A DNA stretch of 64,000 nt from a bacterium (lineage in GTDB: Bacteria > Hydrothermota > Tepidihabitantia > B3-TA06): NCBI GenBank assembly GCA_012517375.1, contig JAAYVC010000037.1:3485-67484 (forward strand). The letters are read 5' to 3'. Below the pieces are notes generated by a model that was not told the DNA's origin, did no database searches, and worked only from the letters and a program-made list of their open reading frames with translations. Positions 8,934 to 19,215 of the stretch are shown here, one piece after another (the stretch's first letter is position 1; each line of letters begins with the position of its first letter). The translations under genes were made by a program, and so were the position numbers.

Positions 8934-10418
8934 ATGAAGGAACTATCTCCAAAGTGGGTAGGAGTAATGGTCGGTTCAGCCGCTGTTGCGGCGTTCGGAA
9001 TAGGACTGCTTCTTGCCGGCGTCCTGGGAATATTCCCCCGCGCCCAGGCACAGGAGCAGCCTCCCCAGAATTTATCAGGCATAGCGGCCGGCGACAGCCC
9101 GTTCGTGAAGATAGCGGACGAGGTTATCCCGGCTGTCGTCAACATTGGTACAACCCGCAAGGTCAAGGTCAGCGGCGTTTTCCCCTTCGATGATCCCATC
9201 TTTAGGCGCTTCTTCGGCGACGAGATGCCGGATGCTCCCCGCGAACAGACTCGGCAGAGTCTTGGTTCGGGCGTCATCTTCAGGCAGGACGGCTACATTA
9301 TAACCAACAACCACGTTGTCGAGGGCGCGGACGATATAACGGTCACCATGCACGACGGCAGGACATTCGCGGGCAAGCAGGTCAAGCTCATAGGCCGGGA
9401 CCCGCAGACCGATATAGCGGTAATAAAGATTCAGGTCTCAGAAGAGCTGCCCGTTGCAAGGCTCGGCAACTCAGACTCCATCCGCGTCGGAGACTGGGCA
9501 GTCGCTATCGGAAATCCTTACGGACTGGAGGGTACGCTCACAGTAGGAGTCATCTCCGCCAAGGGACGCACGAACCTTCCCCTGCCCTCCCAGCAGCGCT
9601 ACCAGAATTTCATCCAGACCGACGCTGCAATCAATCCAGGCAACTCAGGCGGACCCTTGTGCAGCATAAAGGGCGATGTGATAGGTATAAACTCAGCAAT
9701 TACGTCGCCTTACGGAGGAAACGTGGGCGTCGGCTTCGCAGTGCCCGTCAACATGGCCAAAAGCGTAGCCACCCAGCTTATAGATAAGGGAAAGGTAGAG
9801 CGCGGTTATCTCGGGATTCTTCCCCAGGAGATCACGTCCGACATGCGCAAGGGGCTCGGTCTCAAGGAAAAGGGCGGCGTGCTCGTCGGCAACGTTGTGC
9901 AAGGGACGCCTGCCGAGAAATCCGGGATACGCGACGGCGACGTGATTCTCGCCCTCAACGGAAAAGAAGTCGCAACGGTCGAGGAGTTCCGCGAGCGTGT
10001 CGCTGCGATGTCTCCAGGGACGACGGTCGATTTCAAGGTCTGGCGCAACGGTTCGACCATGAGCGTTAAAGCCAAGCTCATATCCTATCCCGAAGAGGAA
10101 CTCAGCCAGAAGAGCACGCAAGACAACATCGAAGACGCTCCGTTCGGCATAATGGTGCGTTCGCTCTCCTCCTCCGATATGGAGAATCTTGAAATCTCCT
10201 CGGGCGCGCTCGTCGTTGACGTCCGAAGCGGATCGGCCGCCGAGAGAGCCGGAATAAAGCCGGGCGACGTCATTCTCAAGATAGACAACCGCCAGGTAAC
10301 GGACGCCTCCTCGTTCGCCAAGGCGGCAGAAGAGTTAAAGAAATCGGGCAAGGAAGTGATGCTTGTCCAGGTATACCGCAGCGGACAGCGCTTCTTCATC
10401 ACCATGCGCCAGGAGTAA
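8934..10418 (+). CDS. htrA: Periplasmic serine endoprotease HtrA/DegP/DegQ family (trypsin-like domain + 2 PDZ)
   Basis: 494 aa. Signal/TM N-terminus. Catalytic triad contexts TNNHVV (His), GNSGGPL (Ser) and D in DIAVIKI. Two PDZ domains (GVLVGNVVQGTPAEKSGI.., GALVVDVRSGSAAERAGI..). SD AAGGAGG. Confidence 0.9.
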   Translation: MKELSPKWVGVMVGSAAVAAFGIGLLLAGVLGIFPRAQAQEQPPQNLSGIAAGDSPFVKIADEVIPAVVNIGTTRKVKVSGVFPFDDPIFRRFFGDEMPDAPREQTRQSLGSGVIFRQDGYIITNNHVVEGADDITVTMHDGRTFAGKQVKLIGRDPQTDIAVIKIQVSEELPVARLGNSDSIRVGDWAVAIGNPYGLEGTLTVGVISAKGRTNLPLPSQQRYQNFIQTDAAINPGNSGGPLCSIKGDVIGINSAITSPYGGNVGVGFAVPVNMAKSVATQLIDKGKVERGYLGILPQEITSDMRKGLGLKEKGGVLVGNVVQGTPAEKSGIRDGDVILALNGKEVATVEEFRERVAAMSPGTTVDFKVWRNGSTMSVKAKLISYPEEELSQKSTQDNIEDAPFGIMVRSLSSSDMENLEISSGALVVDVRSGSAAERAGIKPGDVILKIDNRQVTDASSFAKAAEELKKSGKEVMLVQVYRSGQRFFITMRQE

Positions 10419-10455
10419 GGAGTTATGTAAATGATGAAACGGAGGGGTTGAAACA

Positions 10456-11970
10456 ATGCTCAGATGGGCGTCTGACCGCTCGTTATCAAGGTACTTCAAG
10501 CAGATAATGCGGTATCCGCTCTTAACGCGCGAGGAGGAAGAGGAATACGCGATTCGCGCGAAGCTCGGAGACCTGATAGTCGAGGTAGAAGCTAAGCCCG
10601 CAAAAACGAGAGCGGTCCTCGTGCGTGCGATAAAAAAGGCAGGCGCCGGAGGCGTTTTAAGACTCGCCGTGCAAAGAAGCGGAAAGAGGATGGAAGTAAC
10701 CCTTTCTCTTCCCGCCTTGATTCCTACATATATGGCGAATACCGACAAGGCAATCCCGATTCTCGGAATGAAGCTGCTTGAACTCACAGAGCTGAACCAG
10801 GCTCAAAAAAGCTTTTTTGCAGATATCAAAGCCGGACTCGTCATAACCGAGATAGCCCCGGATTCCCCGGCGTCAAGCGCCGGTCTCATAGACTACAATA
10901 TGGAGGCCCGGGATAAGCTGATAGTGCACAATCTGCGCTGGGTCGTTACAATCGCAAAGCAGTATCAAAACAGGGGCCTGGCTCTTTCGGAACTCATAAA
11001 CGAAGGAAATCTCGGCCTTATACAGGCGGTCTCGAAGTTCGACGAGGCCCGCAAGACCCGTTTGACTACTTATTCAAACTGGTGGATACGCTACTACATA
11101 GTCACCGCACTCGCATCCAGGCACCTCATAAAGCTGCCCATTAAGATGCGGAATCTTGCCAAGAAGATACGCGACAGGTACGGCGTACTCGCTCAGCGGT
11201 TCGGAAGAACGCCGTCCATTGAAGAGCTCGCCCGCGAGCTCGAGGTCTCGCCCGAGGAGGTGTCATGCGCGTTCGACTGCGGTGTCGCGGAGCTATCCAT
11301 TGACGCCCTGCCCTTTGACGACTCGAAGGTTACATTCGAGGAGGTTCTAAAGGATACAACATCTCCCCTGCCCACAGAGCTTTCCGGCAAGGAGCAGATA
11401 GAGCGAGACGTTCGCTCGTCGCTTTACGAATCCCTTGCGGACAGGGAGCTGTATGTCGTTACCAGGCATTTCGGAATCCCTCTGCCCCAGGGCCGCTTCA
11501 ACATGAAGAGGATCTCCGAAATATTCGGCCGCCCGAAAGACCAGATTCAGCAAATACTCTGCGCTGCATCGAGAAAGCTTCTTTCAAGACTGCGCCGCAG
11601 CCTGGGCGATGAGGGACTCAGGCAGTACGCCAAGCTCTCGACAGCGCAGTCCGGGATGCTTCCGGAACTCCTGAAGAAGACGGATGATGCTTCGAGAAAA
11701 GCGGTTTTGAAGATAATGAGCAAGGTCGTGAGAAACATGCCCGCCATTCTTTCCGATCAGTTCGAGGGTTTCGAACTGATTGAGTCGGAGGTGATGGCTT
11801 TGTTCTGGAGTTTCGGACCGACGCAGCCCGAGCTGAATCTTCGTGAAATCGGCGACCTTCTGGGCATCTCCCGCGAAGCCGCACGCCAGATTAAGGAGCG
11901 TTCAATTAAAAAACTAAAGAAGTATCTTAGGCCGCAGGCGTTCGACAGTTTCTTTCGGGAGGCGATATGA
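10456..11970 (+). CDS. Sigma-70 family RNA polymerase sigma factor with a PDZ-like insertion between regions 1.2 and 2 and an apparently duplicated region 4
   Basis: Region 1.2 (LSRYFKQIMRYPLLTREEEEEYA). Region 2 (LIVHNLRWVVTIAKQYQNRGLALSELINEGNLGLIQAVSKFDEARKTRLTTYSNWWIRYYI). Region 3. Region 4 HTH (YVVTRHFGIPLPQGRFNMKRISEIFGRPKDQIQQILCAASRKL). Then a second region-4-like HTH (LNLREIGDLLGISREAARQIKERSIKKLKK). The ~110-aa insert contains PDZ-like motifs (GLVITEIAPDSPASSAGL; GDLIVEVE..GGVLRLAVQRSGKRMEVTL). Confidence 0.75.
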   Translation: MLRWASDRSLSRYFKQIMRYPLLTREEEEEYAIRAKLGDLIVEVEAKPAKTRAVLVRAIKKAGAGGVLRLAVQRSGKRMEVTLSLPALIPTYMANTDKAIPILGMKLLELTELNQAQKSFFADIKAGLVITEIAPDSPASSAGLIDYNMEARDKLIVHNLRWVVTIAKQYQNRGLALSELINEGNLGLIQAVSKFDEARKTRLTTYSNWWIRYYIVTALASRHLIKLPIKMRNLAKKIRDRYGVLAQRFGRTPSIEELARELEVSPEEVSCAFDCGVAELSIDALPFDDSKVTFEEVLKDTTSPLPTELSGKEQIERDVRSSLYESLADRELYVVTRHFGIPLPQGRFNMKRISEIFGRPKDQIQQILCAASRKLLSRLRRSLGDEGLRQYAKLSTAQSGMLPELLKKTDDASRKAVLKIMSKVVRNMPAILSDQFEGFELIESEVMALFWSFGPTQPELNLREIGDLLGISREAARQIKERSIKKLKKYLRPQAFDSFFREAI

Positions 11971-12145
11971 GAACAGCGTTTCTTTCGGGCTGCTTATGCA
12001 AACGTCTGGGCGACCCGAGACGGGTCGCTGCCGCGATTATTGACATGGGACTCTGTAAATCTATAATCAATCCTTGAATTCTGAAGGACTCTTCGGGTCC
12101 TCGTTTGAAATTTAATTCATAAAATCGGAAGGAGTCAGACAGCAT

Positions 12146-13528
12146 ATGAAGAAGTTCTTCAATTGGTTAGATAAAACCTTCGTGAAGCCTGTCGAGGAAT
12201 CAAAGATGTCCCTCGGCGCCTTCATTCTTATCGCCGCAGGCTACATACTCGCGCGCAATCTCTTTGAAGGCGCATTCGAATCCCTTCACCTCATAGGACT
12301 CTCCTCTATCACGCTCTTCGGGATCGAGGAGATGTTCCTGCATCTCATGTTCTCCTGGCTTTATTTCTTCATGATAGTAGCCATTCTCCTGAAATTTACG
12401 ACCGGACACGATATGAAGAAGATAACGCGCGTACTCCTGGCCTACTCCTTCATAGTGCTTATACCGCCGTTTATCGATTTCCTCTTTATGCCCGGCGGTT
12501 TCAGGCTTGCCTACCCGACCGATATAAGCATAGTCGGAAAGGTGATATGGTCTATGTTGAGGCCCTGGATACTCTTTAACCCGCGCATGGTCTATGAATA
12601 CTCGGCAAAGATCCCTTACGGAGGCTCCCCCGGTATGATAATAGAGGTCTTCGTCGCGTTGATTCTGATAATCGTTTACTCGTGGATCCGCACGCCTTCG
12701 CTGAAGCGCAGGATTATAGCCGTTCTGCTCACTCCTGCAATTCTTGCGGCGACCATAATCATAGCCGGCGGAGCGCAGGTGCTCGTATCCAATATCCCCG
12801 GAGACCCCCTTACCGGAAAATCGGTATACTTCACGGGCGGCCTCATAACATCCGCAACGCGCAAATACGCCCTCATCGTCTTAATCCCCTTCCTTATCGT
12901 TCTCTTCATCGGTCTTCTGCTCTACAACAAGCAAAAGACATTAAAGCTTGTAAAATCGATAGACCCTTTCAGCGCAATCCTTGCCGCCGTCGCCGCAGGC
13001 GCGGGCTTCCTTTTTGCATGGCTCGGTCTCAAGGACATACTTACCGGCGTTCCGAGAAGCCCTTTCGACTACGTTGCCCTTTTCGGTCTCTTAGTTATGG
13101 GCGCTGCGTCAGCCGTTACAAGGCTTTATCTTTCGCAAAGCTGGTCTGAGAAGAACTCCGAGGAGGATAAGAAAACCTTCCGGCGCGGGGCGTGGGGCAT
13201 GTTCATACTCACGCTGGCGCTCGGATGGAGTCTGGGGTACGCAAACCTGTTCATACTGCTCGTCTCGCTCGTATTCGGGCTGGTGCTGGCCGTACCTCCG
13301 CTGCGTCTCGAACGCTGGAGCGTGCCGTCATCCCTTGGCAACGGACTGGCCGTTTTCATGCTGGTCTATTGCGGATACTCGCTTTTCGCGACCGAGCGAA
13401 CCTTCAGTATTTTCCCATGGCAGCTCTCAATAGTCGTATTTGCTACACTGTGGCTTTCTTTCCTGGTCCGCGAACTCATAATAAGACATAAACCAAAGCG
13501 TATCCAGACGGGGGAAGCAGCCCAATGA
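12146..13528 (+). CDS. Polytopic integral membrane protein (>=10 predicted TM segments), unknown function
   Basis: 460 aa, highly hydrophobic throughout. Overlaps the next gene by 4 bp (operon with TPR protein). Confidence 0.5.
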   Translation: MKKFFNWLDKTFVKPVEESKMSLGAFILIAAGYILARNLFEGAFESLHLIGLSSITLFGIEEMFLHLMFSWLYFFMIVAILLKFTTGHDMKKITRVLLAYSFIVLIPPFIDFLFMPGGFRLAYPTDISIVGKVIWSMLRPWILFNPRMVYEYSAKIPYGGSPGMIIEVFVALILIIVYSWIRTPSLKRRIIAVLLTPAILAATIIIAGGAQVLVSNIPGDPLTGKSVYFTGGLITSATRKYALIVLIPFLIVLFIGLLLYNKQKTLKLVKSIDPFSAILAAVAAGAGFLFAWLGLKDILTGVPRSPFDYVALFGLLVMGAASAVTRLYLSQSWSEKNSEEDKKTFRRGAWGMFILTLALGWSLGYANLFILLVSLVFGLVLAVPPLRLERWSVPSSLGNGLAVFMLVYCGYSLFATERTFSIFPWQLSIVVFATLWLSFLVRELIIRHKPKRIQTGEAAQ

Positions 13529-14706
13529 ACGAAACGAATACAAAAATCCCGCCGCTCATTCTGATAATCGGTTCAGCGGCCGCGCTTGCCATGGCGGTTC
13601 TTCCGCCGCTCGTTCTCGGGGCCGCATTCTTATGGTTTATTACGCCTTTTCTCGGTCTCCTTCTTCTTGCCGGAGTGTTCGCGCGGCGTTCATGGCTCGC
13701 TTGCATCTCGGCAACATTGGAGCTTGCCGCTCTGGTTGCCGTACTTGCCAGGTTTCCGCTTTCTTTGTCCGCGGAGCAAACAAGGAACCTTTATTCCACG
13801 GGCCAGGTAGTAAAAGCCGACGTATACTACCTCCGCGCCGACTACGTAAACGCCCTTGCCGCTTACAGGCAAAGCATTTCATCGGGGTTAGAAGACCCCT
13901 GGCTTTACTACCAGATGGGAAAGTGCTACAACTACCTTGGTCAGAGCCAGCCAGCGTTTGAGACGTTCGTCTATGTAGACAAATATCCGCAAAAGGTGCC
14001 TCAGGAGTTGCTCAGGCTGGATTTTGCCCTGGCATGCATCAAGTCGAATTTCGAGGAGGAGGGAGCCAATGCATTCAAGGATGCGATAAAGTCGAACTAT
14101 AATCCAGGGTACTGCTACTATCAATTGGGCGTTTACTATACATTCAAGAGGGACCCCGATAAGGCTGAGGAGATGTTTTCAAACGCGCACTTTCTAGGCT
14201 ACCAGCGCTCGGAATGCTCATCCCTTCTCGGCGGGATAGCCGAAGGCCGCAAGGACTACGCAAAAGCGGAGAAGCTCTACAGGAGAGGCTTAAGGGAAAG
14301 CTTCGAGAACCTCACGCTATACGCAAAACTCGGCAGCCTTCTTCACCGCACGGGAAGGAATGACGAAGCGGTGTCAATCCTGCTCGACGGGTTCAATCTC
14401 TCCGCTTTGGTTCGGTACAATCCGCGCGCCGCCGCGATGATACTCAACAACCTGGGATTCGTTTACGCTGACCAGCGCAAGACAGGTCAGGCTATCATGG
14501 CGTTCAAGCAGTCGATACACACGGACGCAGGCTTCATGGAGTCCTACTACAATTTAGCCTACGTCTTAATGCAGGAAAAAAGGAACACCGAGGCGCTCGA
14601 GATTCTCAGGATGGCGCTTGATAAAGACCCGAACGATGCAACCGCCAGGGAGATGATAGCGCAGATCCTCGGATCAGGTAAGCCCCAGGATCAAGGAACA
14701 AGATAA
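13525..14706 (+). CDS. Membrane-anchored TPR-repeat protein
   Basis: 393 aa. N-terminal TM helices followed by multiple TPR-like repeats (AYRQSISSGLEDPWLYYQMGKCYNYLGQ.., AIMAFKQSIHTDAGFMESYYNLAYVLMQEKRNTEALEILRMAL). Confidence 0.55.
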   Translation: MNETNTKIPPLILIIGSAAALAMAVLPPLVLGAAFLWFITPFLGLLLLAGVFARRSWLACISATLELAALVAVLARFPLSLSAEQTRNLYSTGQVVKADVYYLRADYVNALAAYRQSISSGLEDPWLYYQMGKCYNYLGQSQPAFETFVYVDKYPQKVPQELLRLDFALACIKSNFEEEGANAFKDAIKSNYNPGYCYYQLGVYYTFKRDPDKAEEMFSNAHFLGYQRSECSSLLGGIAEGRKDYAKAEKLYRRGLRESFENLTLYAKLGSLLHRTGRNDEAVSILLDGFNLSALVRYNPRAAAMILNNLGFVYADQRKTGQAIMAFKQSIHTDAGFMESYYNLAYVLMQEKRNTEALEILRMALDKDPNDATAREMIAQILGSGKPQDQGTR

Positions 14707-14827
14707 AAGCCGAACTCCCGTATAAGTTCACGCATCAGCCGGCATCTTCAATGCTCCGGTAGGCTTAATTCAAAGACAACACATATTCAATGAATAGTCG
14801 GGACATATAGCTCTAGATTGCCCACTC

Positions 14828-14850
14828 ATCCAGGGAAAAACCTGGATTTA
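14828..14850. terminator. Weak hairpin (ATCCAGG-gaaaaa-CCTGGAT) in convergent intergenic region
   Basis: 7-bp stem with 6-nt loop between the convergent TPR gene and the first rSAM gene. Poor U-tract on either strand. Confidence 0.25.
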
Positions 14851-14855
14851 CACAC

Positions 14856-16223
14856 TCACACTTTGTCATGTTTCATCTTGGGAAAGAATACTTGCTTTCG
14901 ATCGTCAACCACCGCCGCAACCACCGGGCTCTTCAGGATATCGTCCCAGATGAAGCCGAGCCCGTGCCTGGCGAACCGCTCCCTTATGAGTCTCGCAAAA
15001 CCCTTGAAGTAGATGTCTCTAGGCCTGTTAAGGTAAGCGATAATCGCATTGAGAAGGTATCTCATTTGAGCGGCGGAGATATGCGGATGGTTCCATACGA
15101 GGTGCTTTGCGCTGTAGTGACGGTAGTTTGTGTCCGTTATCCCGTAACGCATCCGGATGTCGTCCCATAAGGGCGTTTTTGGGAAGGGGGTCAGCACGTT
15201 AACCTGATGGGCGTCGAAACCCGCCTTCTTCACAAGCGCCGCGTCCTCCAGCGTCTGCTCTGCGGTCATGCCCTCGTAGCCTATCATATAGTAGACCATG
15301 CGGTACATATCGCCCTTCTCCCTCGTCTTTCGGGAAAACTCCATAATCTCCTCAACCTTCTGCTTCTTGTCTATGCTGTCCAGGGCGCCCTGCTTCATCG
15401 TCTCAAGACCAATAACAGGAAAACGCAGCCCCCGCTCGTACCAGGTTTCAAGATTTCTCAAGTAAATGCCTGCCCGCGATTGCGACCACCAGCGCAGGCC
15501 GTAGCGGGCAAAAAGTTCAGAAAGCTTGTCCGCGTAGGCAGGGAACGTTCCGAAGAGCTCGTCCATAACGAACACGTCCTTTATTCCAACCTTGCGATAG
15601 TGCTTCACGACCCGCTCGACGCTCTCGAAGTTGACTGTAAACCGTCTGTCCTCATATGCAGGCGTCTGGCAGAACGTGCACCTGAAGGGGCAGCCGCGCT
15701 CGGTGTACAAAAGACCCATCATCAGATAAGGAATTGAGCCCGGCTTGAACCTGAAAGGCATCATCAAGGAGGGATGTTCTACCTCCTCGTCCCGTACCCT
15801 GTATCCGAACGCCTGCGCCACCTGATCCTCTGCAGCGCCCGAAAAGACCCTGTCGCAAAATTCGGCAACGTGTCCGTCAAGCGCGCCGTGTCCGCCAGCC
15901 CATATCTCGCGAACCCCGTGCCTGCGAGCCTCATCCGCCATGCGCTCCACCTCGGCTATCTCGTTCTGAAAAAAGGAGAAGCCTACAACGTCCCAGCCCT
16001 CCTTGAGTCTCTCGACATATTCAGGCCACATAGGATACTCGAGTATCTCTATCTCAGGCACGTTCTGCTTCAGGAAGCGCAGCCCGAAGCCTATGCGTCT
16101 TGGATTAGAGATTCGTGGAACCCCGTAAACGTTCTCGCCTATGTAATCGAGATAATCGTCTGCGAAACGCCTGTAGGCGTTGCATAAAAGCACCTTTGGT
16201 GCAGTCTTCAATGCTCCTCTCAC
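14856..16223 (-). CDS. B12-binding-domain radical SAM protein (class B rSAM), paralog 1 of 4
   Basis: 455 aa. N-terminal B12-binding-like domain (~150 aa). rSAM cluster motif ERGCPFRCTFCQTP (CxxxCxxC). ~60% identical to the 17884-19212 paralog. Confidence 0.75.
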   Translation of the reverse strand: MRGALKTAPKVLLCNAYRRFADDYLDYIGENVYGVPRISNPRRIGFGLRFLKQNVPEIEILEYPMWPEYVERLKEGWDVVGFSFFQNEIAEVERMADEARRHGVREIWAGGHGALDGHVAEFCDRVFSGAAEDQVAQAFGYRVRDEEVEHPSLMMPFRFKPGSIPYLMMGLLYTERGCPFRCTFCQTPAYEDRRFTVNFESVERVVKHYRKVGIKDVFVMDELFGTFPAYADKLSELFARYGLRWWSQSRAGIYLRNLETWYERGLRFPVIGLETMKQGALDSIDKKQKVEEIMEFSRKTREKGDMYRMVYYMIGYEGMTAEQTLEDAALVKKAGFDAHQVNVLTPFPKTPLWDDIRMRYGITDTNYRHYSAKHLVWNHPHISAAQMRYLLNAIIAYLNRPRDIYFKGFARLIRERFARHGLGFIWDDILKSPVVAAVVDDRKQVFFPKMKHDKV

Positions 16224-16425
16224 GGTATCAGTCTAAAAATCCTGTATGCTAATCTTCTTCCTGCTCTTTATACATTCTACACCGTGTGCTTGCGCTGTCA
16301 AGACCTTGTTTGAGGTTATTCCTCAAGACTTACGCTGAGGATTGTCCGGGATTTGATCTTATATCATCTTCTTTGCACGTTAGATTGGTAAAAAACCTCG
16401 CCACCGTCTCTCGCACTCTCGTGTT

Positions 16426-17784
16426 TTAAGAACCGAGCCTCTTAAAGAAGATCTGCTTGCGGTCGTCGTACAGGCTGGCTGCAAGAGGTCCCTTGATGAG
16501 GTCGCGCCACACGAACTCGAAGCCTTTTTCGCGCAATCTCTCCCGAACGATCCGGGAGAAGGGTCGTATGTATGCATCGAATGGATTGTTGAGATAATTG
16601 ATGAGCGAAGCGCGCAGATAAAGCATCTGGGAGGGCGTTATCTCGGGATGGTTCCATACGAGGTGGCCGGTATCGAAATCCCTGTAATTATCCTTGATTA
16701 TCCCGTACTTTGAATCAAGCTCCTTCCAGAGAGGGGTCCCGGGAAAGGGAGTGAGTACGCTTACCCCGTGCGCATCGAAGCCCATGCGCTTGAGCTGTAC
16801 TGCGTCCTGGATGGTCTCATCCCGGCTCATGTTCTCGTAGCCTATCATCCAGTCCACTATCCTGTAGATGCCGGGTTTTTCCTTCGTTCTTTCAGCATAT
16901 TCCTCAATCTCCGCGGTCTTCTGGCGCTTCTTGATGATATCCAGAGACTTTTGAACGGTAGACTCGAGGCCTATCATGGGAAAGCGCAACCCCTTCTCGT
17001 ACCACTCGTCGAGATGGTCAAGGATAAGGGATATGCGCGACTGGGCCCACCATCGAAACTTGTATCTCGCGAACATCCCGGTGAGTTTTTCGGAAAGCCG
17101 GGGATTGTACCCGAAGAGTTCGTCCGCGATGAAAAGATCGGTAAGTCCCTTGCTCCGGTAGTGCTTAATGACGCGCTCGATGCTTTCTATATTTATGGGC
17201 AGGGGTCTGGTGTCAAGAGCGGGCGTCTGGCAAAAGCTGCATTCGAAAGGACACCCGTGCTGCGTGTACAGGAGGCCAAGCGTCAACAGAGGTATGTTGC
17301 CGGGTTTTATCGTACCCGGCCAGCACATTACCGGATGCTCTATCGAGTCGTCCGGGATGCGGTATCCGAAAACCCTGGCTACGGCGTCCTCTGAGGCTCC
17401 AGTAAAAACCCTGTCCACTATCCGGGGGATTGCAGGATTCAGCGCTCCGTACCCTCCCGCCCACAGCTCGCGGATTCCATGACTGCGCGCCTCTTCAGCC
17501 ATCCTCGCTATCTCCGCTATCTCGTTCTCGAAAAAAGTGAAGCCCACCACGTCCCAACCCTCCCTGAGTCTCTCGACATATTCAGGCCACATCGGATACT
17601 CGAGTATCTCGACCTCGGGAACGTTCTGCTTTAAGAACCTCAGGCTCATCGAGACCCGGCGGGGCGAGGCAACCCGGGGAAGGCCGAAGACCTGGCCTCC
17701 GATTACATCCCAGTAGTCGTTGCGGAATCGCCTGTAGGCCGTACACAAAAGAACCCGGGGGTTAGCGCTCAAAGCGCCTTTCAC
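16426..17784 (-). CDS. B12-binding-domain radical SAM protein, paralog 2 of 4
   Basis: 452 aa. Motif QHGCPFECSFCQTP. Colinear with the other three paralogs. Confidence 0.75.
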   Translation of the reverse strand: MKGALSANPRVLLCTAYRRFRNDYWDVIGGQVFGLPRVASPRRVSMSLRFLKQNVPEVEILEYPMWPEYVERLREGWDVVGFTFFENEIAEIARMAEEARSHGIRELWAGGYGALNPAIPRIVDRVFTGASEDAVARVFGYRIPDDSIEHPVMCWPGTIKPGNIPLLTLGLLYTQHGCPFECSFCQTPALDTRPLPINIESIERVIKHYRSKGLTDLFIADELFGYNPRLSEKLTGMFARYKFRWWAQSRISLILDHLDEWYEKGLRFPMIGLESTVQKSLDIIKKRQKTAEIEEYAERTKEKPGIYRIVDWMIGYENMSRDETIQDAVQLKRMGFDAHGVSVLTPFPGTPLWKELDSKYGIIKDNYRDFDTGHLVWNHPEITPSQMLYLRASLINYLNNPFDAYIRPFSRIVRERLREKGFEFVWRDLIKGPLAASLYDDRKQIFFKRLGS

Positions 17785-17883
17785 GGCACCGACCTGCTCA
17801 ACGATGCACCCTTCTCAGGCTGACAGAAAAAAGAAATCGAGTTGAATTCCATCCCTTGCTTACGTCTCATAACGACCCGATGC

Positions 17884-19212
17884 TTACTTGCCTTGCTCCA
17901 TGAGATTTCTCACCATGGATTCAAAAGGTGTTCGAATTATATCTCGCCATACGAACCTTAGACCTTCCGCTGTAAACCTCTCCTTTACGAGCCTTGCAAA
18001 ACCCCTTGCGTATATGTCGAAGGGATTGTTGAGATAGGATATTGCGAGCCTTAAGAGATAATGCATCTCGGCTGGACTTATATGAGGGTGGTTCCAGACC
18101 AGATGCTTCGCGTCGTAGTGCCTGTAGAACTTATCTCTTATCCCGTACCTGGATTCGGTCTCGCTCCACAACGGCGTTTGGGGGAACGGCGTTATCACGT
18201 TTACCTGAAAAGCGTCGAACCCGACTGACTTGAGCGCGCGGACGTCGTCCCAAAGCGTCCGGGCGTCCTGGCTCTCGTAGCCTATCATGTAGTAGACCAT
18301 GCGGTACATGGCTTTCTTTTCACTCGTCCTCCGCTCGAACTCGACTATCTCCTCTATCCTCTGTTTCTTGTCGATTGAATCGAGAGAGGACTGCGACATG
18401 GCCTCGACCCCTATCAGAGGGAATCTGAGCCCGCGCTCGTGCCAGGTATCAAGATGCCTCATGAAGAGCGCCGCGCGCGACTGCGCCCACCAGCGGAGCT
18501 TGTATCGGGCCAACAGAAGGGTCAGCCTGTCCGCGAACCCGGGGCTTATCCCGAAGAGCTCGTCGAGCACCAGGACGTCGGTCACACCGGTCCTTGAGTA
18601 CTCGCGTAACACCCTCTCGATGCTGTCTATGTTGACGTTAAACCGGACCTTGTCGTAGGAGGGCGTCTGGCAGAAAGTGCATTTGTACGGGCAGCCGCGC
18701 TCGGTATAGAGAATTCCCATCCTTAGATAAGGGATATTGCCCGGTATGAAATCCATAGGCCATATTATCGACGGATGCAGGACGTCCGTTACCCTTTTAC
18801 CGAAGACCTGTGCGACAGCGTCCTCCGACGCACCGGTGAAGACCCTGTCCACCTCTCGCGGTACCGCCTCGTCCAGCGCTCCGTACCCTCCGGCCCATAT
18901 CTCCTTCACTCCATGCCTGCGGGCCTCGCGAACCATCTCGAAGACCTCCGCAATCTCGTTCTGGAAGAACGAGAAGCCGACTACGTCCCAACCCTCCTTA
19001 AGCTTTTTAACGTAGTCCCGCCATAAGGGGTACTCGAGTATCTCAAGTTCGGGCACGTTGCGCTTAAGGAACCGGAGCGCCGGCGACTGTTTGCGCTTGA
19101 GCGAAACCCTCGGTTTAAGATACACGTTCTCGCCCACATAATCCAGAAAGTCGTCCCTGAATCGCCTGTATGAGGTGCAGATGAGAATCCTCGGGTTGCT
19201 TGAGAGCGCCAT
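17884..19212 (-). CDS. B12-binding-domain radical SAM protein, paralog 3 of 4
   Basis: 442 aa. Motif ERGCPYKCTFCQTP. Confidence 0.75.
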   Translation of the reverse strand: MALSSNPRILICTSYRRFRDDFLDYVGENVYLKPRVSLKRKQSPALRFLKRNVPELEILEYPLWRDYVKKLKEGWDVVGFSFFQNEIAEVFEMVREARRHGVKEIWAGGYGALDEAVPREVDRVFTGASEDAVAQVFGKRVTDVLHPSIIWPMDFIPGNIPYLRMGILYTERGCPYKCTFCQTPSYDKVRFNVNIDSIERVLREYSRTGVTDVLVLDELFGISPGFADRLTLLLARYKLRWWAQSRAALFMRHLDTWHERGLRFPLIGVEAMSQSSLDSIDKKQRIEEIVEFERRTSEKKAMYRMVYYMIGYESQDARTLWDDVRALKSVGFDAFQVNVITPFPQTPLWSETESRYGIRDKFYRHYDAKHLVWNHPHISPAEMHYLLRLAISYLNNPFDIYARGFARLVKERFTAEGLRFVWRDIIRTPFESMVRNLMEQGK

Positions 19213-19215
19213 CCT

